A DNA stretch of 64,000 nt. It comes from Bilabrum cf. latius. Taxonomy: Eukaryota. This document shows positions 25,871 through 38,313 of this stretch, one piece after another; position 1 is the stretch's first letter, and each line of letters starts with the position of its first letter. The notes under the pieces were generated by a model. The model saw only the letters and a program-made list of their open reading frames with translations. It was not told the origin of the DNA and ran no database searches. The stretch covers positions 434,001 through 498,000 of the forward strand of contig OZ237765.1 of NCBI GenBank assembly GCA_965178125.1, in the 5' to 3' direction. The position numbers and the translations under genes were made by a program.

Positions 25871-28800
25871 TCAGGCGAACCCCGCCTGTGACACTGCCCC
25901 TGTAGTCGGTGCGCTTGCCTTTGCCTTGCCCTGCAAGGGATTGACGCTGCCGATCATGCCAGCGCTTATTGAAACGGTGGTTCCTGTACTTCCGCTCGTC
26001 CCCGCTGCCTGAGGGCGCTACCCGGTACTGCTCTGCGGGGACGCCTTGGGTTGCGACAGGAAGTAGTAGGCCGCAGCGCCTGCGACTCCGATCACTACGA
26101 TTGCTGCGATGACCCCACCCACAACTGCTCCACCACCGCCGCCCCCGGTTGCATCGGAAGACCCAGTGCTTGCGAGCACAGCCTGGCCTCCGGGAAGCTG
26201 CTGCGACCCGGTGCATGCGTTGAGCTGGATGCCGCTGTCGATCGGTCGACTCACAGTGACAGACGCAAGATCGAACCCCTGCATCAGCTGCATGCGGTCG
26301 AAGCCTAGCGTGCTCGTGGCGGGGATGGAGCTCAGGTCAATGGTGACGTCACCGAGGGAGGCCTCGCTGGCGATCCCGCCCACATCAACCCCGATAGTCG
26401 CTGCTGTGCACGATACGTCCTTGAGCTGTCTGGCATGCAGGTCGGCTGCATCATCAGGATGCGCGGCCTCCAGCCGTCTGTTGTTGGTGATGTATCGACT
26501 CGTTGAGTAATCGCTGTAGGACGACCATGTTGAACGCGATTGGTGCTGCACCCGCAGCTAGAGGTAGACCTCGTAGCCGTTGTCGTTTACTCGGCTGGCC
26601 GGGATGTCGATGTAGTAAGAGTTACTGTAAGCAGTGAGGCTACTGCTGAAGTCTGCATTCCCCAGAATCCGAGTATCGAGGGCGGAAACAAACCCATCGC
26701 TCCGCCAGGCACTCACTTCAACCGTATCCACGCTCCCACAGACTGCCTCGGTATTCTCTGTGAATGTCACACGCACGCTCGATCCGACCTGAGTTACGCT
26801 AGAAATGGTAGGTTTGCTAATGTCGTAGCTGGCACAAGAGAACCTGTAGAACCCGCTAATAGAGCTAGCCGCACTCCACTACTAGCTGTTCCTCGTAGAG
26901 ACACGGAGCTTAAAACGGGCTGTCGGAGTGATGGCGTCGGAGAGTGTTGACGTGGGCACATCGACGAAGTACGTTGATCCCGTCGCGCCGAAGCTGAAGC
27001 TAGTTCTGCCAGCGTACAGCTGATCATCGCTGAGCACTCCTTCCCCAATCGCTTCGACCATTACGCCATCCAGCGCTCCGCAGTATGACGGGGCATCGTA
27101 ATCGAACCTGACACGCAGCGCCGTTGGATCCCCGGTGGTGCCCCGAAGGTACTGAAACGTGGATGAAATTATTGGTTTGCCAGGTGCTCGACACACTGGG
27201 GCTGGCGTCGAGCTTGGGCTTGGTATTGGTCTGGGGCTGGAGCTGGGTCTTGGCCGGGGGCTAGAGCTGGAGCTGGGTTGTGGCCTGGAGCTGGAGCTGG
27301 GTTGTGGTCTTGAGCTGGAGCTGGGTCGCGGCCTGGAGCTGGAGCTGGGTAATGGCTGGGATGATGGCGATGTATTAGGGATCGAGCTTGTCGTAGGAGG
27401 GTTTCTCGGCTTCGATGACGGCGACGGCAGTGCTGGAGTATTTCTGACGATATCCCACCGTGGCCGGGATGGTGGTTGCGAATCTGGCGTCCCCACTCTG
27501 GGGCTGAGCTCGAAGCCTTGGTACAACTCCACTGGAATCAGGTTGTACAGCATGAGGGTCAGCTTGGGCCCAATTGACACAATGGATCGTCCTGCCGCGA
27601 CGAGCGCGTTGTCCCCGCCCTTCAGCACAGTCAGTGGCCGGTACGTGTACTCAAAATCTGCATCGGAAACGATGGTGCCGGGGTCCTGCTGTGCCCTCAG
27701 CCCGTCGCAGTCAATCTGTTTCCAGGCACCAACGCTTGGGTAGGAGCCTCGGGTGCACCCTTCATTGACGTGGCAAGTTCCAAATGAGCACTAGTTGATG
27801 CAGTAGCAGTCGTCAGAATCCCCAAGTGTGTTCGAGAACGTGAAGCCGAGTTCCGCCGTCCCTGTTGCTGAGAAGCCCATACCGAGCTTGGCTGGTGTCT
27901 CAGCCACGTTAATCCCTCTGGCTGCGAACGTGGCTTCCGTTGCGATCACCACAGGGAGTGGGCCGACACTGAAGGAGACTGAAGGCAGACGGATCGTTGG
28001 ACCAATCTCGGCCAGCTCATCCTTTGAAGTCTCTCTACCCATGTCAATAACGACGTCCACGTTGCTTCCTGCTTTTCCCTGCAGGATCAGCTCCAGCTTG
28101 CTGATTTTCGTCTGCAGCCCGCTTGCAACGAAGTATTGGCCATGGGAGGCCAGTTTAAAGTGAATGGAAGGGGTCAGGTACGCGTATCTGCGGAGAAGAT
28201 TGGTCAGAAGGGGATAGTGAGGAGCAACAATGGGGAGGAGAGACGTGCGTGGGGCGTCGGCGTACTAATTGGCGCAAGACCGACCCTGATACAATACGTG
28301 GATCTCACGTGTCTTCGAAGTACATGACATCTTGAACCAGGTTGAGAGGGGACTCGATTGCATTCCCGGTATCAGTGTCGAGGTTGAAGTTCCAGGTTGT
28401 CAGGTCGTTGCTGCAATCGTAGTTCACCAGTGCTTCGAGTGAAGTGATGCTCAAGTCTCCCCTTGCCTCTTCGCAAGACTGGATCCGACGGCGGCGGTGC
28501 CTCTTCATGCGGTCAGCCAGCGTTGTGCCCGTTCCGTTGGACTGCTCCTGTCTCAGTGTGCCGTCATCATGACTGGGCGTTACGTTGATCTCGAGATCAA
28601 ACAAGCTAGCTGCGTTGTTGGGCGGCACAATTTCCACAGTGGCGGTTGTGGCCCATGTTCGGCTCTGTGGCCCGGCATCCGTCCAGTCCCTCTGCGAAAT
28701 TTCGAGCAGCTCAGAGGTACTGCTCCCAAGCACAACAACAGTCTGGCTCTCCGGCGCATTGGAAAGGCTACTGTGTAAACGTTGCGCCACTTTCGTGCTG

Positions 28801-29823
28801 CTTGGCTCAGTGCTTCCGCCTATCAGCGCTTTTGCCAGGTGCGTCGAGACTGTTCTTGCTCCTGGCATGGTTCGCTGGGAGCAGCCCCAGCCGGCCTCGA
28901 AAGACATGTGCTGCCCTGGAACAAGGGTAATGGGCGCTGCAGAGAGGATACGAAGTTTGTTGGAGTCAGGCGGGCACTCAATCTTCAGGATCTCCGGCCG
29001 ATCTTCGAGAACGGCGGTGTCATTCCGGAGCACGACGTGGTACTGTATGTTGGCGGAGCCGAGCCCGGGTGCTTCGAGGGTTGCATGCTGCAGGTACCGC
29101 CCGCCATGTGCTCCCTTGGACTCGTAACAAGTCTCGATCGGCATCGTCCGGCGGCCAATGCTCATGAGGCCGGTAGGTGACGCCGCGTTTGGCTGAAAGG
29201 CGCGAGGGCGCATTCCAACGTTTGATCCGAGCAGTTCTTGCGCATCTGAATGCAGAGCTCGAGCGTGGGCGCTGGGGATCCGGATCCCTGAAGATGTCGA
29301 GGTGCGCTCACTAGCACCGGCGTGGATGATGTCAAGAGACAGCCCATGCAGCCGAACAAACGGCGCGAGAGCCACCAAGGCATTTGCTGAACGGCACTCC
29401 TCGGGCCCGGCACACAGCACGATAGTTGTGTGATCGCTATGGGTGTAGCAGTTCTGGAGCTGCGGCGATAAAATAATGGGATCATTGGAATCGTAAGTGA
29501 ATCAGTTCCCCGTGGTACCCGGTTCTTGCAGCCATCCCGTGGTGGATGCTGGGCCAAACCGGTGCAGGACTATGCGCAACACTCACATCAGATGAATCAC
29601 CGATTAATGACTCGACTGTGTCGCACGGGATACCGTTTTCGTCGCCGCTAATGCTTCCAGCGACCACGAATGCGACCTTTTCGTGATAGCGATCGTCAAA
29701 AGCGGCTGTTCCAGTGAACAAGGCTCGACGCCCTCCAGATTCGGATGCGCTTGCAGAATACGACATCAGTAGTGCAACCATGAGCACAATAGCAGCAGAA
29801 ATCGCAATCATCTTCCTTGCCAT
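25871..29823 (-). CDS. Type I membrane / cell-surface protein with Pro-Ser linker and two related beta-sandwich (FN3-like) domains
   Basis: N-terminal signal peptide. Intron 28188..28308 plus one near 29430-29500. ORFs 27791..28060, 26882..27628, 26558..26776 and 26018..26551 are one frame joined by TAGs. Single C-terminal TM helix (VVGGVIAAIVVIGVAGAAAYYF). TGA at 25871. Confidence 0.75.
27205..27352. repeat. Coding tandem repeat (P-S-S-S-S-R-P-Q/R units)
   Basis: Recurrent gagctggagctgggt units at about 24-nt spacing. Confidence 0.8.
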
Positions 29824-30707
29824 CGTTGAGTTATTGTGAAAATCCCTCTCTGCAACTTTATGTCAGCGATCTTCCAAGCGCGTTCTGATCTTGGAAGGAT
29901 CCTCGGATCCTTGGATCCTGGTGACTATTACGGATCCTTGCGATATCAGAAGCACCACATCCGGATTGGTCGAACCACCTTCTGAGCAACACCATATCAT
30001 AGCACATATCCGCCTCTAGTCTCTGCGCCAATCATGATGCAGCAGTTTATTTGGCGGGCTGCAACTGCACTACACTGTGGCACCGTCACGCCTCGAGCGA
30101 TGCGCCCCTGCCCAGTTAGTTGGAAATCCTGGACAAAATTTAGTGCAAATTAGGTCTAGATGGTCATGATGGAATGGGTGTTGGTGCCTAAGCGATGGTC
30201 TACATTGCAGCGTAGATCTAATGCATATGGTATGCGAATAGATGAAATGCCTGAATGCCGTGTACACCGGGGGGTCTAGATCTATACTGACTGGAAATTC
30301 CTCACGTGTGGCGCGAGAGCCCTGGCACCCATCGGAGCAGCTGCTCCGGGAAGCAGCATCACACCGATGGGGCCGGGCACACGCAGCATGCATGTCTGCT
30401 CTTTGCTGGCTCAACTGCCGCCCAGAAGCACGTGGCAGCAGGCAGCAGTGGAGGGCTAGGGCAAGACAAACTAACACACGTCATGGTTCAACCCCTCACT
30501 CCCATTCGGACGAATGAACGCCCCCTTGGTACCAAAGGAAGGTTCCTGCAGGTGATGGACGAGGGGGATTTCAAGCCCCGGAGCACCTGCTCCATTGAAG
30601 CAGCTGCGGCCAGGCCAGAGAGAGCCAGTCGGGTTCAACCCGCTCAATCGCACAAAACGCACCGGCTTGTGAAAGCGCGGTGGCAGCTTGCCGTGAGCCA
30701 GCGCTCG

Positions 30708-31388
30708 TCACACGGACGTGGCGGCCTCGGTGGTGGTCGTTGTGCTGGCCTTGCCGTCCCCACCGCAGATGGGAGAAGGGGGCGGGACGCCGGGCACGAA
30801 GTTGAAGACGACGTAAAGGCAGCCGAGGAACTCCTGGACGATGAACAGGAGCAGGAAAAACTGCGAGGGCGGTGGCAAACGCGAGTGCGTATGTGACGAG
30901 TGCACGCATGGCATCACATGGAAAAGAGGTGAGACGATCTGGATCAGTGAAATCAGGGCAGCCACATGGAAAAAAATACCTCATAATGACGATGCATACT
31001 ACTGCCAGCAATGCATATTGCCAGAAGCTTTGCATGGAATCGCGCGCGAGATGCGGAACTAGGTCGCAACACTCACGTCGGAGAATCCACGCCATCCGAT
31101 GATCCCCAGCAGGATGAAGGTGATGCCGCGGCCCAGAAACGTGGTGTAGAACTTCATCCACTCCTTCACGAAATCGATGACGAAGTACCCGAGGGCGTAC
31201 AGGATCACCAGGATGCCCGCCAGGATCATGGCAGTCGCGACCAAAGCGACAGGGATGTAGTCGCCACCGCCAACCCAGTCAGCGTACGCAAGGATGCCAC
31301 TGAGGGCAAAAGCTATGCCGCATATGATCTCAACGACGGACCAGATGATTCCACAGTTGCAGCCGGTGCAGTAGCCGGACTCCGCCAT
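30708..31388 (-). CDS. Small multi-TM protein, TVP15/COPI-associated-like, paralog 1
   Basis: WMKFYTTFLGRGITFILLG motif. One intron (GTGAG donor near 31076, acceptor 30861). TGA stop. Confidence 0.75.
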
Positions 31389-32006
31389 GTCGTCGCTTTT
31401 TGGTAGCTGCGAGGATAAAGTAGTGCAACATGACAGAAGACACGAATTTATATCAAGAGTAGATGATCCATCTGCTACAAATGTATGCATTGGCTGCGTA
31501 AATGCTTTCTCGGTTCTTTTGTGTATCAAAACGAGGTAACGGAAAAGCAACCGGTGGACACCGTTAGACAAGTCCTCAAACGATGCCCTCGAATTTACTC
31601 TGGTTTTGAACAGATACAATCCAAAGCCCAGATCTATATGATTATATGGCTGCAAGTGTGGACTTCTCACTCTCTTTTTGCGGCAGCGGACACAAATTCC
31701 GCCATTTACGGAACCAGGTCTATCCTTACGCGCGGCGCCGTATTGCACGCAGGCTGGATGCAGGCAACAGCATACAGAAAGTCCGATTTGCTCGTCTCGA
31801 GGGGACGTATGTAGATTCTAGATGGCAAGTGATTGGCAGAGGTGCTCCCACGTGCAGGACCGCTCGCGAGACTAAGTTTGCGGCCGCTGCCAGTCAGTGA
31901 TGCAGTTGGGTATACCCATCCAGTGTAGGGGATTGCTGGCTGGAAGTGTGGCCAAATACGAAAGAACTATAGTTTTCCCGAATAATCAGCGCGGTGCCTG
32001 GACGCG

Positions 32007-32564
32007 TCACGAAGCAGGGGACACAGAGCTACCACCCCCACCGCCGCAAATGGGCTGCGGAGGCGGCACGCCAGGCACGAACTGCAGAATTATATAAAGT
32101 ATGCCCAGAACAACCTCCACGATGGACAGAATCAAGAAGAACTGCGGTGTTGGTTGGGGGGGAGGGACGGGGGGGGGGGGGGTTAATTTATAGTTCACGA
32201 TGCAAGAGGACATGTTCAAGCACCTGCTCGTGCAGCTAGAGTGCTCGCTCACCGCCGAGAACCCGCGCCATCCGATGATGCCAAGCAGCAGGAACGTAAT
32301 GCCGCGGCCCAGGAATGTCGTGTAGAATTCCATCCACTTTTGCACGAACGAATTCACCACCACTCCGAAGGCGTATAGGATGATGGTCACGCCTGCCACG
32401 ATGAGTGCAACGCCGACTAGGGCTCCTGGGATGTGGTCGGCTCCCGCCCCGCCAAGCACGGTAAGGACGCCGCTCAGGGTGGTCGCAACGCCACAAATGA
32501 TTTCAACGATTGACCACACCGTACCGCAGCTGCAGTTGCATGAAGGGCATCCGCTGGATTTCAT
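32007..32564 (-). CDS. Small multi-TM protein, TVP15/COPI-associated-like, paralog 2
   Basis: WMEFYTTFLGRGITFLLLG motif. Intron at the same position as in paralog 1 (after GWRGFS-x). TGA stop. Confidence 0.75.
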   Translation of the reverse strand: MKSSGCPSCNCSCGTVWSIVEIICGVATTLSGVLTVLGGAGADHIPGALVGVALIVAGVTIILYAFGVVVNSFVQKWMEFYTTFLGRGITFLLLGIIGWRGFSAVSEHSSCTSRCLNMSSCIVNYKLTPPPPVPPPQPTPQFFLILSIVEVVLGILYIILQFVPGVPPPQPICGGGGGSSVSPAS

Positions 32565-33091
32565 TTACCCTGCGTTATCTTAGCGAAGGTTGGAATAGTC
32601 GCTTGGCATGGTCGCATGAACCGGGATATGGTCGCACCGAGATACGAATCAAAATCCAACATGCAGTTTGGTCATATGGTTGAAGCGAGGGGGGGATTCA
32701 GAGGTCATACAATTCTAAAAATGCAAACTATCGCACGACGAAAATTAACCGTTAAGCACGGTCTCAGCCGCGCAGCACTTCAAGTGTAGCGAATGGAACA
32801 GACCGTTAAAAACTATGGTGTGTATTGTATGTGTTGGAGCTCACAATGCTATTGAAATCGTGAAATACTGATTCGATCTCCGGCATTCGTTCAATCCAAT
32901 GGAACGGTCACCTGCCCGGAGCTGAAAAGCTGCAGGCCGGGCAGGCCCGACCAAAACCACTCGGATGGACAGCACCGCCCCTTCCGCGCTTTGCCGCTAG
33001 AAGAGCCATATGGGGCCAGGTTCAATTCGTATCAGAGGTCGTTCCACCAGCCAGTCACCGTGTCGATGAATACCCTGCGATTGAACAGCGA

Positions 33092-33653
33092 TCATGGTGT
33101 CTGCACCACCCCGCAGGCCAGCCCGCAGAGCGGCACCGACTTGGGCACCGAGGGGAAGAAATCCACGATCACGTAGATCAGACCGAGCACCTCTTGTATG
33201 ATGAACATGGCCAGGAAGAACTGCGGGGCACGGGAAATGGGGAGTGCAGGCAGTGACGAGGGACAGTGCTTGGGTGCAGAGATAATGGTGCAAGGCAGAC
33301 TGACCGGGAGACAAGGCAGCTCCTATCCATAACCCAACTGGGCTTACGTCGGAGAACCCGCGCCACCCAATGATCCCCAGCAGGATGAAGGTGATGCCGC
33401 GGCCCAGAAACGTGGTGTAGAACTTCATCCACTCCTTCATGAAGCCCATCACGTACAGACCGAGGGCGTACAGGATCACCAGGACGCCCGCCAGGATCAT
33501 GGCCACGGAAACCAGGGCAATGGGGATGTAGTCAGCCCCACCGGTCCAGTCGACCAGCGCCAGTACCCCGCTCAGCATGAAAGCGGCGCCGCAGATGATC
33601 TCGAGGACCGACCATATCATGCCGTAGCTGAGCAGCGCGCATGCCGCCTGCAT
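33092..33653 (-). CDS. Small multi-TM protein, TVP15/COPI-associated-like, paralog 3
   Basis: WMKFYTTFLGRGITFILLG motif. Intron about 33221..33348 (GTAAG...GCAG) at the same position. TGA at 33092. Confidence 0.75.
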
Positions 33654-34006
33654 CGTCTTAATCTGCGAGAATTTCAACTAGATACATAAAAAGAGTATTA
33701 TTACAACGCGTTTCTAGGATTTGAATGTTCCTGTGGCGTGGCTATGCTCGTTGCACTCGGACCCCACTGGTGGATTGGCCTTAAAAATGGATTCCAGGAG
33801 GGGAGTTTACAACTTAAGGCTGGTCATATCGCACAAGGCCTGTACAAATCATTGCAATAGCTGGTTAGATTGGACGCCTCACCGTTTTAAGATCGGAAAT
33901 AGGCTTTTTGTCGTTGGCTCGAGTCAGTAGCTCAGAACGTTCGGTTGATGTTCCCTAGCAGGCAGTGCATCCACTCGCGCGAACACTTGCAAGATCTGCT
34001 GCTACA

Positions 34007-35311
34007 ATGGCTGCTGTCGCTGGTGCTTCGAAGGCTGACGGTGATATGAAGGGTGCTCTGCTCGGTATGGGCAACCCCTTGCTTGATATCTCGGCGGAAG
34101 TGCCGATTGAGCTGGTCAAGAAGTAAGGCAGCGTCACGCACATTTTGCTTGCACTTGTGCAGGGTGAAATGATCCTTAATATGTCGCAAACGTGCCAGTG
34201 GTGTACTATATGATAATTCGTACTTTTCGCAACTATTTGCAGGTACGGACTCGAGATGAACAGCGCATGCCTGGCCGAGGACAAGCACGTGCCCCTGTGT
34301 GAGCATACCAACACCTTTGCATGTTTTATGCACGTGCCAGGAAAGCATGATGTTCGTAACCACGTTGATTAATTGATAATCTGCCTTCAGATTGCCCCCT
34401 TCTATCCCACAGACAAGGAGCTGGTTGAGGATTTCCCCAAGGTGCAGTACATCGCTGGCGGTGCCACCCAGAACACCATCCGCGTGGCCCAGTGGATGAT
34501 CGGCAAGCCCGGCGTGACCTCTTACATCGGCTGCATCGGTAAAGACGACGACTTCGGCAAGCAGCTGCGCAAGTCCGCCACCGCCGACGGAGTGGCCGTG
34601 CACTACCGCGAGGACGCCGAGAAGCCCACGGGCACCTGCGCCGTGCTCATCAACGAGAAGGAACGTTCGCTGTGCGCGAACCTGTCGGCCGCGAACGAGT
34701 ACAAGATGGAGGACCACTTCAACACGGAGGAGATCCAGGCCGTAGTGAAGGCCTCCAAGGTGACCTACTCTGCCGGCTTCTTCCTGACCGTCTGCCCCGA
34801 CGCCATGGTGGCTGCGGGCAAGCTGGCGGCCGAGTCCACGGACAAGGTCTTCTGCTTCAACCTGAGCGCTCCCTTCCTGTGCCAGTTCTTCAAGGAGCAG
34901 ATGCACCAGGTGCTGCCCTACGCAGACTACGTGTTCGGCAACGAGAGCGAGGCCGCTGCCTTCGCCGAGGCGAACGGGTTCAAGGGCGCCACGGTGCCCG
35001 AGGTGGCCCTCAAGATCTCCATGCTGCCCAAGGCCTCCGGGACCAGGGGGAGAGTGGTGGTCATCACACAGGGATCGGAGCAGACGGTGATCGCGAAGGA
35101 CGGCAAGGTTGTCACGTACGACGTGCCTGCCGTGCCGGCCGATGAGATCGTGGACGTGAACGGCGCGGGCGATTCCTTCGTGGGTGGTTTCCTCGCCAAG
35201 CTGCTGGAGGGCGCTGATTTGGCCGAGTGCGTGCGCGCCGGTCACTGGGCGGCAGGCGTGATCATCCGTACCTCGGGATGCGTGCTGCCCGCCAAGTGCG
35301 ATTTCGCCTGA
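34007..35311 (+). CDS. ADK: Adenosine kinase (PfkB family)
   Basis: GMGNPLLDISA, AGGATQN, TGTCAVLI..ERSLCANLSAAN, FNLSAPF, FGNESEA, DVNGAGDSFVGGF. Two 5' introns. No TAG codons. TGA stop. Confidence 0.97.
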
Positions 35312-35588
35312 GTTCTATTGCGTGGCTGAAGGCAAAACACATATTGGCGCATGCAGTGGGGATTGTTTTTTACAACTGTGGCGATACGGTGCGCTGGACT
35401 GCTGTGGTCGGCCCCGGCGCAGGTTGCGTGCTGTATTCGGTTTTCATGTCCGTTCGGCCCAAGGGAAACTCGAGCACAGTACGATCGTTGCATCACAGTT
35501 AGACACGATCAATTTAAAGAACTGAACACAATATTTTCCCAGAACTGGCATGGAGTACAGCACTGGTCGGCCTGGCGTCTCCAGGTCG

Positions 35589-36886
35589 ATGGCTAAGTCC
35601 GGCATTTCCACAGTCCAGCCATGGAAAGTGCACGACATGAAGGCTAAGAAGGCCGGTGTTCGCAAAACAATGCACATGGTGAAGCCTGCGGCTCGAATGG
35701 GACCGCCGTCCGGCCGAGTTAAGCGCGGTGGAGACAAGCTCGGCATGGTAACTGCATTCTCGGGCGCCGGAAGCTATGAGGGCGCGTGGCTTGGTAATAT
35801 GAAGCATGGTTTTGGGACGATGGTATATTCAGACGGCAGAAAGGTGAGTTATTCCCATTTGGTAGCCATGGCGGCTCGTTGTCATGCTGCCTTTGACATT
35901 CATGAAATTGATCATGCTTCTGGTTGTTGCAGTACGAGGGCGAGTGGGCGAATGACAAACCCCACGGACGTGGCGTTCTTTGGGTGAAACGGAACGGCAA
36001 GCTGGTCAAGCGCTTCACTGGGGAATTCAGGGACGGGCACCCGAGCGGCGCGGGTGAGCTATTCCTGAAGAACGGTGACAGGTACGAGGGCACTCTGGTG
36101 GGGGGCCGGATCGAAGGGAGGGGCACCATGGCATACGCGAGTGGTGACGTATACGAAGGGTCCTTCATTAACGGGAAGAGGCACGGGGTCGGCGTGCTCA
36201 CCCGCTCCGACGGGAACGTGTATGAGGGCCATTTTGTGGGCGACCTCAAGCACGGCCCGGGGAGGTTTCTGTACATGTCAAAGCGAAAAGTATTCGAGGG
36301 AGAATGGGTAGAAGACACTCCCAAGTGCGGCGTGTACGAGGAGATGGAGGCGGACGATGACACGGGTGGGGCGAGGGCAGCAGCAGCAGCAGCAGCATCG
36401 GGGGCGTCCTCGGGCAGGGAAGAGGAGGGCAGGGGCTCAAGCCGAGGACCGTCACTGCCCTCGCTTCGACTGGCCAGACCAGACGGGGTCCTTATTTAGG
36501 CGGTGGATGCGGCGAGGGCGGGGACGCTGTCCGCCGGGGACGCAGACACGGACGCTGTGGCAGCGGCGAGGACCGGAGCAGGTGGTGGGGCGGCGGTGGG
36601 TGCGAGCGGCGCCGCGCATGATGCCGCTACGGAACCGTTCGGGGCGGAAAAGCTGACGGACGAGGAGCTAGATGACTTGCGGACCGCCTTCATGACGGGT
36701 GGTCCCGGGGATGACGAGTGCATCGCGGCGCGCGACCTCGGTATCGTGCTGGAGTCGCTCGGCTTGGAGCCGACCGACGAGGACGTTGGGAATCTGGTGG
36801 CTGACATGGGCGGGGACGCGATGGACCCTGGGTGGAGAGTCCCCTTTTCTGCCTTTGCAGACATCATGGCGGAGACGAGGCAGTGA
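35589..36886 (+). CDS. MORN-repeat protein (MORN3-like) with C-terminal degenerate EF-hand pair
   Basis: Repeated YEGxWxxxKxHGxG units, FEGEWVEDTPKCG, LPSLRLARPDGVL. Intron about 35843..35932. TAG at 36497 links to a calmodulin-like lobe (LTDEELDDLRTAF...LESLGLEPTDEDV). TGA stop. Confidence 0.85.
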
Positions 36887-37130
36887 GAGGCGGCAGGGCA
36901 TTGATGAGTGAGCGGTTAGTGCCAGTAGATATAGGGAACCATGTCAGTTAATCTAGGGTTGTATGACTCTCTGCCAGTGGCCGGCCCAGCAGAGTGAGTT
37001 TCATGGTAGCGCTGCAACTGGCCATGCAAGTCGTTGCAATCGGGTTACCATTCATTGCCACTGGCGGTCGCAACCTGCAACTTGAAACACTGGATCATAC
37101 CGTGCAGTGCACTTTCCGAATCGACCAGCA

Positions 37131-38313
37131 CAGACCTCGGGGCCCAGGGGGGGTACGGCGAGGGTACGGCGGGGGTACGGCGCCCCTCGCCGCACCCCCA
37201 TTCGCCGTACCCCCCCATAAATCTATCAGGACCGGGAATTAAATAGATCTGAGCACACCAATCGACGTATCTCGTCGTGAGGGTTCAAGATCTGTTCGAA
37301 TTGGCTGCTTGCGACCAGCGAACGCAAAGATTCATAATTGCACGTTACACGCGAAATATGATATAATTTGCTGTAAAAGCAGACGTTGACCATTCCTCCC
37401 CCTTTGATGAATGTAAATGAGTACGCACGTAATTCATATAAATGATACATTATTGTTTGGATGAGAGGGTTGGATTGTCTGATTATTTCTGATGTGTAGG
37501 CTAAGTCGCCGGTCTGCAAAACACGGCTAGGGACTTCGCTTTGAAGGAGATGATCCAGGTCGAGCGCAAGTACGACGAGTATATGGAGTACCCTCTTGAT
37601 GTGTTTAACAAGGCATGGGAGCTTGGTCTCGTGAACTCTCACATTCCCGAGGTCAGAACCGAATCCAGTCGTTGCCAGTCGCCCACATCAATCACGACAC
37701 TTCGCCTAGTTTGGAGCCCATTTTATCGTTTCTGTGCTCGACTACTACGCAGGACTGTGGAGGACTTGGATTGCATTCTCTTGAGGGTGTGATTATTGGC
37801 GAGGAGATGGCATACGGGTGCACTGGCATGATGACTGCCATTGCAGACCGTCTTGCCCACTGCTACCAACTCCCATTTCCCCAAGGTAGTGTCGTAGAGC
37901 CCTTCAAGATGTATCTAAGTCGAGACGCATTCTTGTTTCGTGCAACCGAGCTCCGGAGCCAAGGCTGCTTCGACGGGGATCCGACCCGGCCTTCATCACT
38001 AGGGCCTACGAGAACGTGCGCTCGACCTCACTGCCAGTGTGGCACTGGCAGCACTGCGGCTGCTGCGATCAGGCTTATCGGATAAGCCACGTGGAGAATT
38101 CAGAAATGAGCCGGCCTAAACATAGGTTTACACTAAAAATCACGCGATTATCCCAGTTCATAATAGTTTACTTACATACTACTGGGGAGGGAGGCGCCAG
38201 CCTCCAGAACACGGGGTACGTACAAAATTGTCTCCGCAGGGGCACCCCTGCGCCGTACCCCCAAAACCGGAAGTAGGGTACGGCGCCGCGCCGTACCCCC
38301 CCTCCGAGGTCTG
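37131..38313. mobile_element. Non-autonomous hAT-like TIR transposon (Pack-type) with 8-bp TSD
   Basis: Left end CAGACCTCGG(GGCCC)AGGGGGGGTACGGCG. Right end reverse complement CAGACCTCGGAGGGGGGGTACGGCG. Perfect flanking direct repeat GACCAGCA at 37123..37130 and 38314..38321. Multiple subterminal GGGTACGGCG motifs. No transposase inside. Confidence 0.9.
37514..37845 (+). pseudogene. ACADM: Captured fragment of a medium-chain acyl-CoA dehydrogenase gene
   Basis: LQNTARDFALKEMI...YD...EYP...KAWELGLVNSHIPE|DCGGLGL..EEMAYGCTG..TAI matches the ACADM N-terminal region. Intron 37652..37752. No start codon, truncated after about 75 codons, lies inside the TIR element. Confidence 0.85.

Noticed and set aside
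30070-30662. Short ORFs between the surface-protein gene and the TVP15-like cluster
   Set aside because: No recognisable motif or consistent exon structure, so a gene cannot be supported
37141-37216. Clustered GGGTACGGCG repeats as a CRISPR array or telomere-like repeat
   Set aside because: No regular spacers, mixed orientation, and mirrored at 38210-38300. They are explained as subterminal repeats of the TIR element.
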